DNA of 62,425 bases. Origin: Nitrososphaera sp. Lineage in GTDB: Archaea > Thermoproteota > Nitrososphaeria > Nitrososphaerales > Nitrososphaeraceae. Shown piece by piece: positions 1 through 8,634 of the stretch. A program made the position numbers and the translations under genes. A model generated the notes under the pieces. That model was not told the origin of the DNA. It saw nothing but the letters and a program-made list of their open reading frames with translations, and ran no database searches. The stretch lies in NCBI GenBank assembly GCA_035253045.1, contig DATFCN010000179.1:1-62425 (forward strand), in the 5' to 3' direction. Each line of letters starts with the position of its first letter. The stretch's first letter is position 1.

Positions 1-10
1 AATGGAAGCA

Positions 11-38
11 GGTATATATATAGCGCCTTTATAAAGGC
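11..38 (+). promoter_or_regulatory. TATA box of tbp (TATATATA, 13-22) followed by perfect 14-bp palindrome GCCTTTATAAAGGC (25-38)
   Basis: TATA lies about 25-30 nt upstream of ATG 43 (leaderless spacing); palindrome read directly. Confidence 0.6.
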
Positions 39-42
39 CCAT

Positions 43-606
43 ATGCCGCAGACCAAGCCAATTGTAAGCATCGAGAACGTAGTAGCTTCTGCTACAGTGA
101 ACCAGACTGTCAACCTCAACCTCATCACGCAGATATTTCCAGACGTAGAGTATCATCCTGATCAATTCCCCGGCTTGGTCTTTAGACTCAGATCACCCAA
201 AACTGCCACTTTGATATTTAGCTCTGGCAAGATGGTCTGCACAGGCGCCAAATCAGAAAAAATGGCAATTCAGGCTGTCAAGAGCGTTGTTTTGAAGCTC
301 AAAAAAGGAGGAATACCACTTGAGCATGAGCCCCAAATTGAGATACAAAATATAGTGGCGTCAGCAAGCCTCGGAGGTAAGATCCACCTGGAGCTTGCTG
401 CAAGAGTATTGCCAAGGAGCATGTATGAACCAGAACAGTTCCCGGGTCTTATTCACAGGATGCTGGATCCAAAGACTGTCATACTTCTGTTTGCATCCGG
501 CAAGTTGGTATGTACAGGTGCCAAGAAAGAAAGTGAAGTATACAGAGCCGTGCATAACCTACACACACTCTTGGAAGAAAAGAATCTAATGATCTATGAG
601 GGTTAG
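43..606 (+). CDS. tbp: TATA-box binding protein
   Basis: Two TBP repeats (NVVAS...YHPDQFPGLVFR...LIFSSGKMVCTGAK; NIVAS...YEPEQFPGLIHR...LLFASGKLVCTGAK). Confidence 0.98.
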   Translation: MPQTKPIVSIENVVASATVNQTVNLNLITQIFPDVEYHPDQFPGLVFRLRSPKTATLIFSSGKMVCTGAKSEKMAIQAVKSVVLKLKKGGIPLEHEPQIEIQNIVASASLGGKIHLELAARVLPRSMYEPEQFPGLIHRMLDPKTVILLFASGKLVCTGAKKESEVYRAVHNLHTLLEEKNLMIYEG

Positions 607-1251
607 TTAGTCTATTTCATACTCTCCCTTTGTAACCATTTGTTTCAGTACCGACTCCAGCGCATTTTCGTCGATTAAGCCGGCAGTATACAGAGTATTT
701 ACAATATCGTCGATGCCTGTCACTGCGCTTAGTTTTATTCCCATATCCTTTAATTTGTCTTCCGCGCCCTCGTGTCGGTCTACAAGCGCCACCACATCTT
801 CTACAATACCCCCGTTAGCCCGTATTATTTCGGCAGCGCCGCTAAGAGAAGTACCCGTCGTCGCAACATCGTCTACAATGATAACTTTTGAACCCGGCTC
901 TAAGAAGCCTTCAATCATTTTGTTGGTTCCGTAGGTTTTAGAGTCCTTTCTGACATAAATGAAGGGTTTATTCATTTCATATGCCAGGGCAGAACCAAAT
1001 ACAAGCCCAGATGTGGGCACCGAGGCAAAGGTATCGAACCTACCTACTTTTTCTGCCACCATGCCTTTCAATGCACTTATCCCAAGCCGAAAATATCCTG
1101 GAAAGCTAGGCAGTACTCGCAGGTCAATGTAGTAAGCACTCTGCTTGCCGCTTGCAAGAGTGAATACGCCAAAATTCAAAGAGTTGCTCTTAAGTAGAAA
1201 GGATGCAAATTGCAACACAAAGTCCTTGGGTGGTATCGGCACAACATACAT
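607..1251 (-). CDS. pyrE: Orotate phosphoribosyltransferase
   Basis: FTLASGKQSAYYIDLR, YVRK, PRPP-binding VIIVDDVATTGTS. Confidence 0.95.
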   Translation of the reverse strand: MYVVPIPPKDFVLQFASFLLKSNSLNFGVFTLASGKQSAYYIDLRVLPSFPGYFRLGISALKGMVAEKVGRFDTFASVPTSGLVFGSALAYEMNKPFIYVRKDSKTYGTNKMIEGFLEPGSKVIIVDDVATTGTSLSGAAEIIRANGGIVEDVVALVDRHEGAEDKLKDMGIKLSAVTGIDDIVNTLYTAGLIDENALESVLKQMVTKGEYEID

Positions 1252-1295
1252 GTAAAAAAAGGATTTATTTTAACCCTTCATAATACAAGGAATTT

Positions 1296-2417
1296 ATGCC
1301 TGAGATTTGGCTGAGATACGGCACAACCGATGTGGTGCTTGACATAAAGTTTGAAAATATAGCAAACCAGATCTCTTCAACATTTCAGGTGCTATTGGAA
1401 CAAGATATCAAGACGGCAATAATATCAAACGTGCCCCTAACGGATAAAATGCTCTTTCTAGGGCTGTCTGCGTCAAAGGCTGTGACCAAGATTATAATGA
1501 TGCTGGCACAAGAAGCTCACGCAAAGGGGCTAAGGGTTACAATCGATGTTCCAGACAAAATCGCAAGCACTCTGCGCGCCAACTTGACAGGCATAGAAAC
1601 AATCTCGATCAATCGCATCGGATACCAATCACTGAAGGAGCGAATGGACAAGTTCCAGAGCACCATCCTTGTATCAAGTGTTGCATACGATCCGCTCTTT
1701 GGATTCGCAGGTGCGCCTACTGCTTTGCTACATCACTTCCTTGCGGAACCGATGGCAGAGGCATTTAAAGCAAGAAAGGACAACAGGCCAGCACCGGGAG
1801 TTGAGGGTGATCCTTTAAGGGTCGCCACTTCTGCAGTTGAGAGTATACCAGCATTGTCTATTGAGCTGGTGGCTAACGGCGACAATGTGAGTGGTATTCA
1901 TATTGGAAGCATCAAAGAAGCGTTTGACAAGGCAATTGAGCAGCTTCAATTAATCTCAAGCTTTGAGGTAGAGCCAGTCAAATGCGCAATAATAAGCACA
2001 AGCGAGGAAGCCAGCACACATTCAACGCTTGCTACTGCGCTCAACTCACTTTGGAATTCTATCTCCATCATCAAGAAAGGTGGCACTGCAATATTGCTTG
2101 CAGAAACTCGTGAAGGAGTTGGAGGTGGAGCGCTTCAGATGTACATTGAGGGCCGGCTCAAGCAGGAGCAACTCCATCTAGGTCCCTATATTGATGGTCT
2201 TGAACATCTATTGTTCATGGAAGAATTACGGGTCGAATATGATATGGGACTTGTCTCCACTCTTCCGCATTATTACACCAAGGCAAAACTTGGTTTTACC
2301 ACTTATTCGGGTACAAAAGATATCTTGCAAAAATTACAAGAAAAGCATGGCAAGAGCTATAGGGCACTTGTTTTATCGAATGCAGACATAACCCTGCTCA
2401 AGCCCAAGGCAGGATAG
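1296..2417 (+). CDS. LarA/DUF2088 lactate-racemase-like protein, catalytic motifs degenerate
   Basis: N-terminal LRYG, YDPLFGFAGAP resembles the LarA EPHFFAGFSGGRK region, C-terminal KKGGTAILLAETREGVG. Confidence 0.65.
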   Translation: MPEIWLRYGTTDVVLDIKFENIANQISSTFQVLLEQDIKTAIISNVPLTDKMLFLGLSASKAVTKIIMMLAQEAHAKGLRVTIDVPDKIASTLRANLTGIETISINRIGYQSLKERMDKFQSTILVSSVAYDPLFGFAGAPTALLHHFLAEPMAEAFKARKDNRPAPGVEGDPLRVATSAVESIPALSIELVANGDNVSGIHIGSIKEAFDKAIEQLQLISSFEVEPVKCAIISTSEEASTHSTLATALNSLWNSISIIKKGGTAILLAETREGVGGGALQMYIEGRLKQEQLHLGPYIDGLEHLLFMEELRVEYDMGLVSTLPHYYTKAKLGFTTYSGTKDILQKLQEKHGKSYRALVLSNADITLLKPKAG

Positions 2418-3558
2418 AGTTTGGGATAGGTGCAGTCACCACGGCAATGCCAAGGGTTATGAAAAACAGCAACTTGCGCCTTTGAGATAACGATGTAACA
2501 TCATCTAGAGGAGCATTACTTGGGATCCTTTGACTAAGTATCAAGACCAATATTGCCATTGGCCAAAATCCCATTAGGAATAAGGCTCCTATGCCTGCAT
2601 AGGTAATAATTCTGTGCCAGCGTTCTCCAAACATCGCCCGAGCAAGATGCCCGCCATCAAGCTGCCAAGCAGGGATGAGATTGATAGACGTAAGTGCGAA
2701 TCCTATCCAGGCAGCAAAAAGTAGAGGAGACATTACAAGGACCGTGTTCTCCACCACCCTGTCGGTCATATGGAGTGTAGCAATCATGAGCAGTCCAGTA
2801 TTGAATGAAAATAGTCTGTTTTCCTCAGACAGCCTCTGATAATCGTCTAGAGGGATGAGGGTAGATATAGTAGAGCCATAAATTGATACAATTATCGTTA
2901 TTATCAACCCTGCAACTGGTCCAGCAATGCCTACGTCAAACATGACGTTTTTGTTGGGCATATTGCTCTGCTGAGTTATCAAGGCGCCAAACGTCGGTAT
3001 AAAGCCAGGAACACCAGGTATAAAATATGGCCATGATGCTCTGATGTTATAATGCTTGAGAACTATCATGTGTCCAAGCTCATGTATGCCCAGTATACCC
3101 ATAAGCGACATTGTATAAGCTCCTGCAAGCAGGACAGGATCGCTTACATAGGTCTTTGCAAATATACTACTTGAGCGCAAGAAGCCATCGTAGAATACAA
3201 AGGCGACGGCAATGACAAAGAATACAAGGTGCAAAGGTACCTGTCTTTTGGCTTTAATTTTTTGTTTTGGAACCTTAAATACAGCGATAACAATACCATT
3301 CTCTATCTGTAGTCTTATCGTAGAAGACAAGGCAGGCATCAGTCTAGAGAAATATTTCTGCCGTCTGGCAGTAGGAATCATGCCGATCTTGTTCAGCTCT
3401 TTGATCAAAATCGAGAACTTCTCCTTGATATCAGTATCAGCTACCAAGAACTCGATGTAGTCTTCTCTGACATTCAGTTGCGTATCTTTTAAGACAAATA
3501 AGGACGAAACTATTGGAACTACACGCGAATAATCACCATTCAGGAAAGTAGTAGCCAC
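2398..3558 (-). CDS. Site-2 protease (M50 intramembrane metalloprotease)
   Basis: HELGH, AGPVAG, NLIPAWQLDGGH; several TM segments. Confidence 0.93.
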   Translation of the reverse strand: MATTFLNGDYSRVVPIVSSLFVLKDTQLNVREDYIEFLVADTDIKEKFSILIKELNKIGMIPTARRQKYFSRLMPALSSTIRLQIENGIVIAVFKVPKQKIKAKRQVPLHLVFFVIAVAFVFYDGFLRSSSIFAKTYVSDPVLLAGAYTMSLMGILGIHELGHMIVLKHYNIRASWPYFIPGVPGFIPTFGALITQQSNMPNKNVMFDVGIAGPVAGLIITIIVSIYGSTISTLIPLDDYQRLSEENRLFSFNTGLLMIATLHMTDRVVENTVLVMSPLLFAAWIGFALTSINLIPAWQLDGGHLARAMFGERWHRIITYAGIGALFLMGFWPMAILVLILSQRIPSNAPLDDVTSLSQRRKLLFFITLGIAVVTAPIPNSILPWA

Positions 3559-3653
3559 AGGAGTTTCTTTTGGTTTTAATCCAATTAAAATATTGTTGCC
3601 TCCAGAAAATATGTAAGGTTAAATAGTGTGTTTCTGTTGTTGTAGTTATTACT

Positions 3654-4151
3654 TTGCAAACAGCTCTGCGAAAAGTGGGCGACTATGTTATACGCCGCTG
3701 CGAAGCAAGTGATCTGCAAGCGGTAATAGATATCAACATGGCTGCGCTACCAGAGCATTACTCAGACTATTTTTTTGAATCGATTCTGAGAGAGCTTCCA
3801 GAAGCATTCATCGTTGCAGAGCTAAACGGCAATATAATCGGCTACATTATGTGCAAGATCGAGTTTGGGTTTTCAAACTTTCGCAAACTAGGCTTTGTTA
3901 AGCGGGGCCATGTTGTTTCTGTTGCAGTGCTAGAAGAACATAGAGGTAAGAGCATTGGCAAGGCACTGATGGTTGAAGGAATTAACGGTGTAATGCATAG
4001 AAAAGCTGACGAGATATACTTAGAGGTAAGAGTCAGCAACACAAGCGCAATCAAGATGTACCAGAAATTGCGTTTTGAAATAAAATCCAGATTGCGATCA
4101 TATTACAGAGACGGTGAGGATGCCTATCTTATGGCGTTAGAACTGGCTTAA
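3654..4151 (+). CDS. rimI: N-terminal acetyltransferase (Ard1/RimI family)
   Basis: LPEHY, GHVVSVAV, RGKSIG, LEVRVSN..A..MY, YYRDGEDAYLM. Confidence 0.92.
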   Translation: MQTALRKVGDYVIRRCEASDLQAVIDINMAALPEHYSDYFFESILRELPEAFIVAELNGNIIGYIMCKIEFGFSNFRKLGFVKRGHVVSVAVLEEHRGKSIGKALMVEGINGVMHRKADEIYLEVRVSNTSAIKMYQKLRFEIKSRLRSYYRDGEDAYLMALELA

Positions 4152-4187
4152 AGGATTATTAATATATGCTGCAAATGCCTCTCCGCT

Positions 4188-4409
4188 ATGAATATTAAAC
4201 GGAAAGGAAGCAAAGGAACCGGCGCTGTACTTCTTTTTGTTTCTATTGCGGTGTTTATAGCTTATGCCTATCTCCTACTTGGAACAGGATGGAGTATGCT
4301 CATCCTGCAGATTACTGCCTTAGTTGCATTAGCAATCCTTCTGGCGGTGCTTGGATGGATAGGCTACACAATGCTTACTGCTCCAAGGGAAGAGCAAGAG
4401 CAGGACTAG
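4188..4409 (+). CDS. Small two-TM membrane protein
   Basis: Two hydrophobic helices, WIGYTMLTAP tail, upstream TTAATATA. Confidence 0.75.
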   Translation: MNIKRKGSKGTGAVLLFVSIAVFIAYAYLLLGTGWSMLILQITALVALAILLAVLGWIGYTMLTAPREEQEQD

Positions 4410-5247
4410 TTTTCACCGAAACATCAGCCACTATCTGATATAACCTTGGGCCCACTCCTCTCACCACTCTAACCTGCTGTATATTATGGTTGTATTTTAC
4501 AAAAGCGTTATGAGCATCCTGCAATCCCAGCTCTTGGCTGGTCTTTTTATTATCGGCCTTGATATGAATGAAATAATGCACTACACCTTCTTTATTTAGT
4601 GCAAGCACTGCAGAATCAATAAAATCTTTTGCTCTCTCAGGAAGTGGCATAAGCACTCTGTCAGCCTGGCATGCAAGCTTATCTTTTATCACTTTAGCAG
4701 CATCGCCATGAACTGAAACAACCCTGTCCTGCACCTTATTTAACTTGGCATTTGCTTCACACAGTTTTGCAGCAACAGCATTAGAATCTATACTATAGAC
4801 TTTACATGTCTTGTTCACTCTAGCCATCAGAATAGAATATGTGCCCACTCCTGCAAACATATTGACTATGGTTTCACCTTCAGCCACCATGTTTGCAATC
4901 CGAAGCCTTTCAGTCGAGAGCCGAGGTGAAAAATATGTTTTGGCGACATCCACTCTAAATCTACAGCCATGTTCCTTGTATTCAGTAATTGTCCTATTCT
5001 CGCCTGCCACAAACTCCAAACTGCGCACGCGGTAATCACCTTTTACTGGCGAGACCTGAGCAAAAACTACCTTGGCAGTCTTAACGTTATCAAGGATCGT
5101 ATAAGCAATAAGCCTTTTTTTTGGCATTAGATCGTCAGGTATCTTGATGATTACAATATCACCTATCTGGTCAAATGCGGAATATACTTGCGAGACTTCG
5201 TCTGACGATAGAATATTGGATAGCGCATTTTTCAGCATATGTGGCAT
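4375..5247 (-). CDS. tRNA-modifying SAM-dependent transferase (Trm5/Taw2, Met-10+ family)
   Basis: IGDIVII, YFSPRLSTER, NMFAGVG motif I, ADRVLMPLP. Confidence 0.9.
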   Translation of the reverse strand: MPHMLKNALSNILSSDEVSQVYSAFDQIGDIVIIKIPDDLMPKKRLIAYTILDNVKTAKVVFAQVSPVKGDYRVRSLEFVAGENRTITEYKEHGCRFRVDVAKTYFSPRLSTERLRIANMVAEGETIVNMFAGVGTYSILMARVNKTCKVYSIDSNAVAAKLCEANAKLNKVQDRVVSVHGDAAKVIKDKLACQADRVLMPLPERAKDFIDSAVLALNKEGVVHYFIHIKADNKKTSQELGLQDAHNAFVKYNHNIQQVRVVRGVGPRLYQIVADVSVKTSPALALPLEQ

Positions 5248-7059
5248 TTACTGAATCTTCATGTAGTAGTAGTTGCCAGATTCTTTTTGTTCGCGGTCGA
5301 GCCTCCCACCCTCCTTATTAACGCGCGGCCTGCCCGTTGTTTCGTCGCGCCTATATGTAATGGAAAGTGCCTTAAGGAAGCGGTTCATACCCTCCTCTTT
5401 TTTAATCGGCTCAGTGGCAGAGCCTCCAAGGCCAGGTAGCCCTTCAAATATCACTAAACTATCGGCTACCAGATCGATCAACTGTATATCATGGTCAATA
5501 ATGATTGCAGACTTACCCTGCGCTCTTATGAAGCGTTGAAGAAACTTAGCTAGGGATATCCTGTCTTCCGCATCAAGAAATGCAGAGGGTTCATCCAGTG
5601 CATAAACATCTGCTTGGCGTAAGAGAGAAGCTGCTACTGCAACCTTCTGAAGCTCACCACCGCTCAGGGTCCTAACATTCTTTTCATAAAGTTTCTTTAC
5701 ACCCATTGGTATAATGATCTGTTGTTCTACAGATGACCCTTCAATTGGGTTCAGATATGCCATATACAGAAGTGACCGTACGTCACCATCATACTCTTGG
5801 TTCAAGTACTGTGGCTTGTAGGATATAGTTGCACTCATGTCTATTTTTCCCGAATCAGGCTTCTCTACACCTGCCAACATGCGCATAAAAGTAGTCTTGC
5901 CCAGTGCGTTAGCGCCAATGATTCCGAGTATCTCACCTCTTCTTATTCTGCCAGCCGACACATCAAGTTTAAATGATGGAAATGATTTGGTCAAGTCGCC
6001 ATAGCTGGCAATAGGGATATCTAAAAGGACATCTTCGTTTGAGGAAGTGATATCGAACCTGAATGCCTTGTCTCGAAAGCGCACATTTTCAATAGGCAGA
6101 AAACCTTCAAGGAAATTGTTGATACCCACTTTTGTGCTCTGCATACCAGAAACGATGCCGTATGCTCCGGGCTCACCATAAATAATATGGACGTAGTCTG
6201 ACAGATAGTCAAGAAGCGTCATATCGTGTTCTACAACCATCACGTTCTTGCCCTGCTCCGCCAGATCTCTTATCACCTTGGCAACTGTAAGCCGTTGGTA
6301 GACATCATTATACGAAGATGGCTCGTCAAAGAAATAATACTCAGCATCCTTTGCTGCAGCAATAGCTACTGCAAGTCTTTGGAGCTCGCCACCGCTTAGC
6401 TGTGCGATGTCGCGATCCAATATGTTCTGCAAACCAAGTTGTGGTACCAGCTTGTCAGTTACTTTGCGTTCATCATATCTCTTCAACAGTTCCTTTGGAG
6501 TTCCTCGGAATGCCTTTGGTACAAGGTAGACGAGCTGTGGTTTGATTGAAGCGCGCATTGTACCATTTGCTATTTTTTCAAAATGGGATTTCATTTCAGT
6601 GCCTTGGTAATACTTCAGAATCTCATCCCATGAGATTTCATGCTCATACTTGCCGAGGTTGGGCTTCATATTGCCTGACAAAATATTGACAATTGTAGAC
6701 TTGCCCATACCGTTTCTTCCTACCAAGCCAACAACTGCACCCTTCTTTGGTGTAGGCAGGCGATAGAATCTGAATGAATTAATGCCATATTGATGGACTT
6801 TATCTTCAGAGAGCTCTTTTGCAAGGTTGACAATTACTATAGCATCAAAGGGGCACTTCCTAATGCAGATACCACATCCCGTGCATAGATCCTCGGCTAT
6901 CAGAGCTTTGCCGCTATCTGGGCGCTGGATGATGCATTCACCACCAGTTTTGTTTACTGGACAGTAAACAATGCATTCTAGACCACATTTTTTTGGTTGG
7001 CATAACTCATCGTCAAGTACCGCAACTCGATGAGTACTTTCTGCTTCCGAATTGCCCAA
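5248..7059 (-). CDS. rli: Ribosome recycling ATPase ABCE1/RLI (likely TTG start at 7059; ORF open to 7095)
   Basis: N-terminal Fe-S Cys motifs (CQPKKCGLEC..YCP; CTGCGICIRKCP), two ABC domains with LSGGELQ. Confidence 0.97.
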   Translation of the reverse strand: MGNSEAESTHRVAVLDDELCQPKKCGLECIVYCPVNKTGGECIIQRPDSGKALIAEDLCTGCGICIRKCPFDAIVIVNLAKELSEDKVHQYGINSFRFYRLPTPKKGAVVGLVGRNGMGKSTIVNILSGNMKPNLGKYEHEISWDEILKYYQGTEMKSHFEKIANGTMRASIKPQLVYLVPKAFRGTPKELLKRYDERKVTDKLVPQLGLQNILDRDIAQLSGGELQRLAVAIAAAKDAEYYFFDEPSSYNDVYQRLTVAKVIRDLAEQGKNVMVVEHDMTLLDYLSDYVHIIYGEPGAYGIVSGMQSTKVGINNFLEGFLPIENVRFRDKAFRFDITSSNEDVLLDIPIASYGDLTKSFPSFKLDVSAGRIRRGEILGIIGANALGKTTFMRMLAGVEKPDSGKIDMSATISYKPQYLNQEYDGDVRSLLYMAYLNPIEGSSVEQQIIIPMGVKKLYEKNVRTLSGGELQKVAVAASLLRQADVYALDEPSAFLDAEDRISLAKFLQRFIRAQGKSAIIIDHDIQLIDLVADSLVIFEGLPGLGGSATEPIKKEEGMNRFLKALSITYRRDETTGRPRVNKEGGRLDREQKESGNYYYMKIQ

Positions 7060-7202
7060 TTCTATGTAATTTTTGTGATAAAGCATTATATACATACCGT
7101 TTCACTTATCAAAACCTACAAAGTTTTTAGGCTTACTTCAACATGTAACTTGCCAAGGTGGTTATCATCTAGTTCATTCTTTTTCCAGACATTTCTAGTG
7201 CT

Positions 7203-7355
7203 TCACTCCTCAACAAAGTACTTTCTCATAATGTTAGACATCTTTATCTTGCTAGCTACTTCTATGCTGTAGATCTCCAAATGTTTATCCCTCAAGTGCT
7301 TCAATGCGAGCCTGACCTCGTCACCGCAAATTCTGCACCTTGCCTTTCCAAACAT
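7203..7355 (-). CDS. 50-aa C2H2-type zinc-finger microprotein (absent from ORF track)
   Basis: Own translation: MFGKARCRICGDEVRLALKHLRDKHLEIYSIEVASKIKMSNIMRKYFVEE*; CxxC...HxxxxH. Confidence 0.75.
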   Translation of the reverse strand: MFGKARCRICGDEVRLALKHLRDKHLEIYSIEVASKIKMSNIMRKYFVEE

Positions 7356-7469
7356 TACCAGCTTTGTTTTTGCTCCATTGTCTTTTGAGCCTTCCGTTTG
7401 GTTGACCTCAATGGCGGATATACGATATAGTTTTCTATACAGATTTTATTTATTGTTTAATGAGATAAA

Positions 7470-7839
7470 CTATACAGGCCCACGTACTGATGATAATAAG
7501 AATCCTATAAGCGTACAAGATATCCACAATATCACAGCGATAACCAACGCCTTGAACCATTCAATGTTATAGAGCATCTTAAGCGCTATCAGCCAGATTA
7601 AGCCGCCTGCGATTGCAGACAAGAGTCCGTTGCCAAAAAACATAGTAGGTCACAAAATAGATTACGGTACCAATGACGGCAGTGACAAATGCGCGTCCTA
7701 TCCCTTCTTTTTGCCTAAGCAACTTTGTCGTAAAATAAACTAGGATTGTAGAAATAGCAAGCCATATTATGAATGCGAGGGCAGACAGCAAATCATATGT
7801 CGTATTTGCATCCCATGTTTTTGAGAAGAGATTATTCAA
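7470..7839 (-). pseudogene. Four-TM membrane protein with a +1 frameshift in a T6 run (7635-7640)
   Basis: Removing one T extends the 7579-7839 ORF as YYVFGNGLLSAIAGGLIWLIALKMLYNIEWFKALVIAVILWISCTLIGFLLSSVRGPV*. Confidence 0.75.
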
Positions 7840-7899
7840 GTCTGATGTCTGCTACTATTGAAGCAACATTAAATTAGCCCTTTGACAGATATTAGTGTA

Positions 7900-8015
7900 A
7901 GCCGGTCATAGCGGCAGGGTGCGACCCGGTCCCATTCCGAACCCGGAAGTCAAACCTGCCGTCGCTGCTGTGTTACTGACCTGCGAGAGCGGTCGGGAAG
8001 CAGCAGTGCTGGCAT
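7900..8015 (+). rRNA. rrf: 5S rRNA (not linked to 16S/23S)
   Basis: GCCGGTCATAGCGGC...CCCGGTCCCATTCCGAACCCGGAAGTCAAAC...; terminal helix GCCGGT/GCTGGC; about 116 nt. Confidence 0.95.
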
Positions 8016-8025
8016 CTTTCCATCA

Positions 8026-8634
8026 CTACCTTTGAGCAGAGTCTCCTAGATGTATTCTCTTTAGTAATTGTCTCACATTGTATCCTATCCGGTCTATTGC
8101 GGTGAAGGCTAACGCAAGACCTGCCGGCTCCCATGCCTGCGTTTCTATAACGCAGCAATAGTTTGCTGATCTTACTGTTATTCTTTTCAATTCTTCCTTC
8201 ATTATGTTTCTCGCAAAGTCTTTTGACAGTGCTGAATCTCTTGCCAGCATATTTGCAATAACGCCACCGCTCCATCCCATGTTTATTATTTTACCGTTGG
8301 ACAGCGCGTAGTAAGGCGCAGAGTCGAGCAACTTGTGCGCATTGTCGTCAGTATCTACAATAAAGTCATTTTCTACAAGGCAGTAAATATCATAGAAGGG
8401 CCCCATGCGCATTACCTCCTCTATGCCGACGAAGTCAATGCTGCCGCTCATCATTCGGACAAAACCATCCCTATTTGAAAGCCATCGCTCAAAATAGGGT
8501 CTCTTCTCAGGATGCACATCTAGATCTACACTGCCTATTCTGCAACGAAAGCCCTGTTCTTCAAGGGCATGCACAAGTGTGCTCAGAGAGAAGTGCGGCA
8601 TATATTCTCCATCAGGATCGTAATTGTTTTTCAT
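8026..8634 (-). CDS. Hypothetical protein
   Basis: 202-aa ORF overlapping the pepA stop; no motif recognised. Confidence 0.75.
   Translation of the reverse strand: MKNNYDPDGEYMPHFSLSTLVHALEEQGFRCRIGSVDLDVHPEKRPYFERWLSNRDGFVRMMSGSIDFVGIEEVMRMGPFYDIYCLVENDFIVDTDDNAHKLLDSAPYYALSNGKIINMGWSGGVIANMLARDSALSKDFARNIMKEELKRITVRSANYCCVIETQAWEPAGLALAFTAIDRIGYNVRQLLKRIHLGDSAQR

Noticed and set aside
7973-8275. 100-aa - strand ORF
   Set aside because: Overlaps the 5S rRNA and the 8026-8634 CDS in another frame
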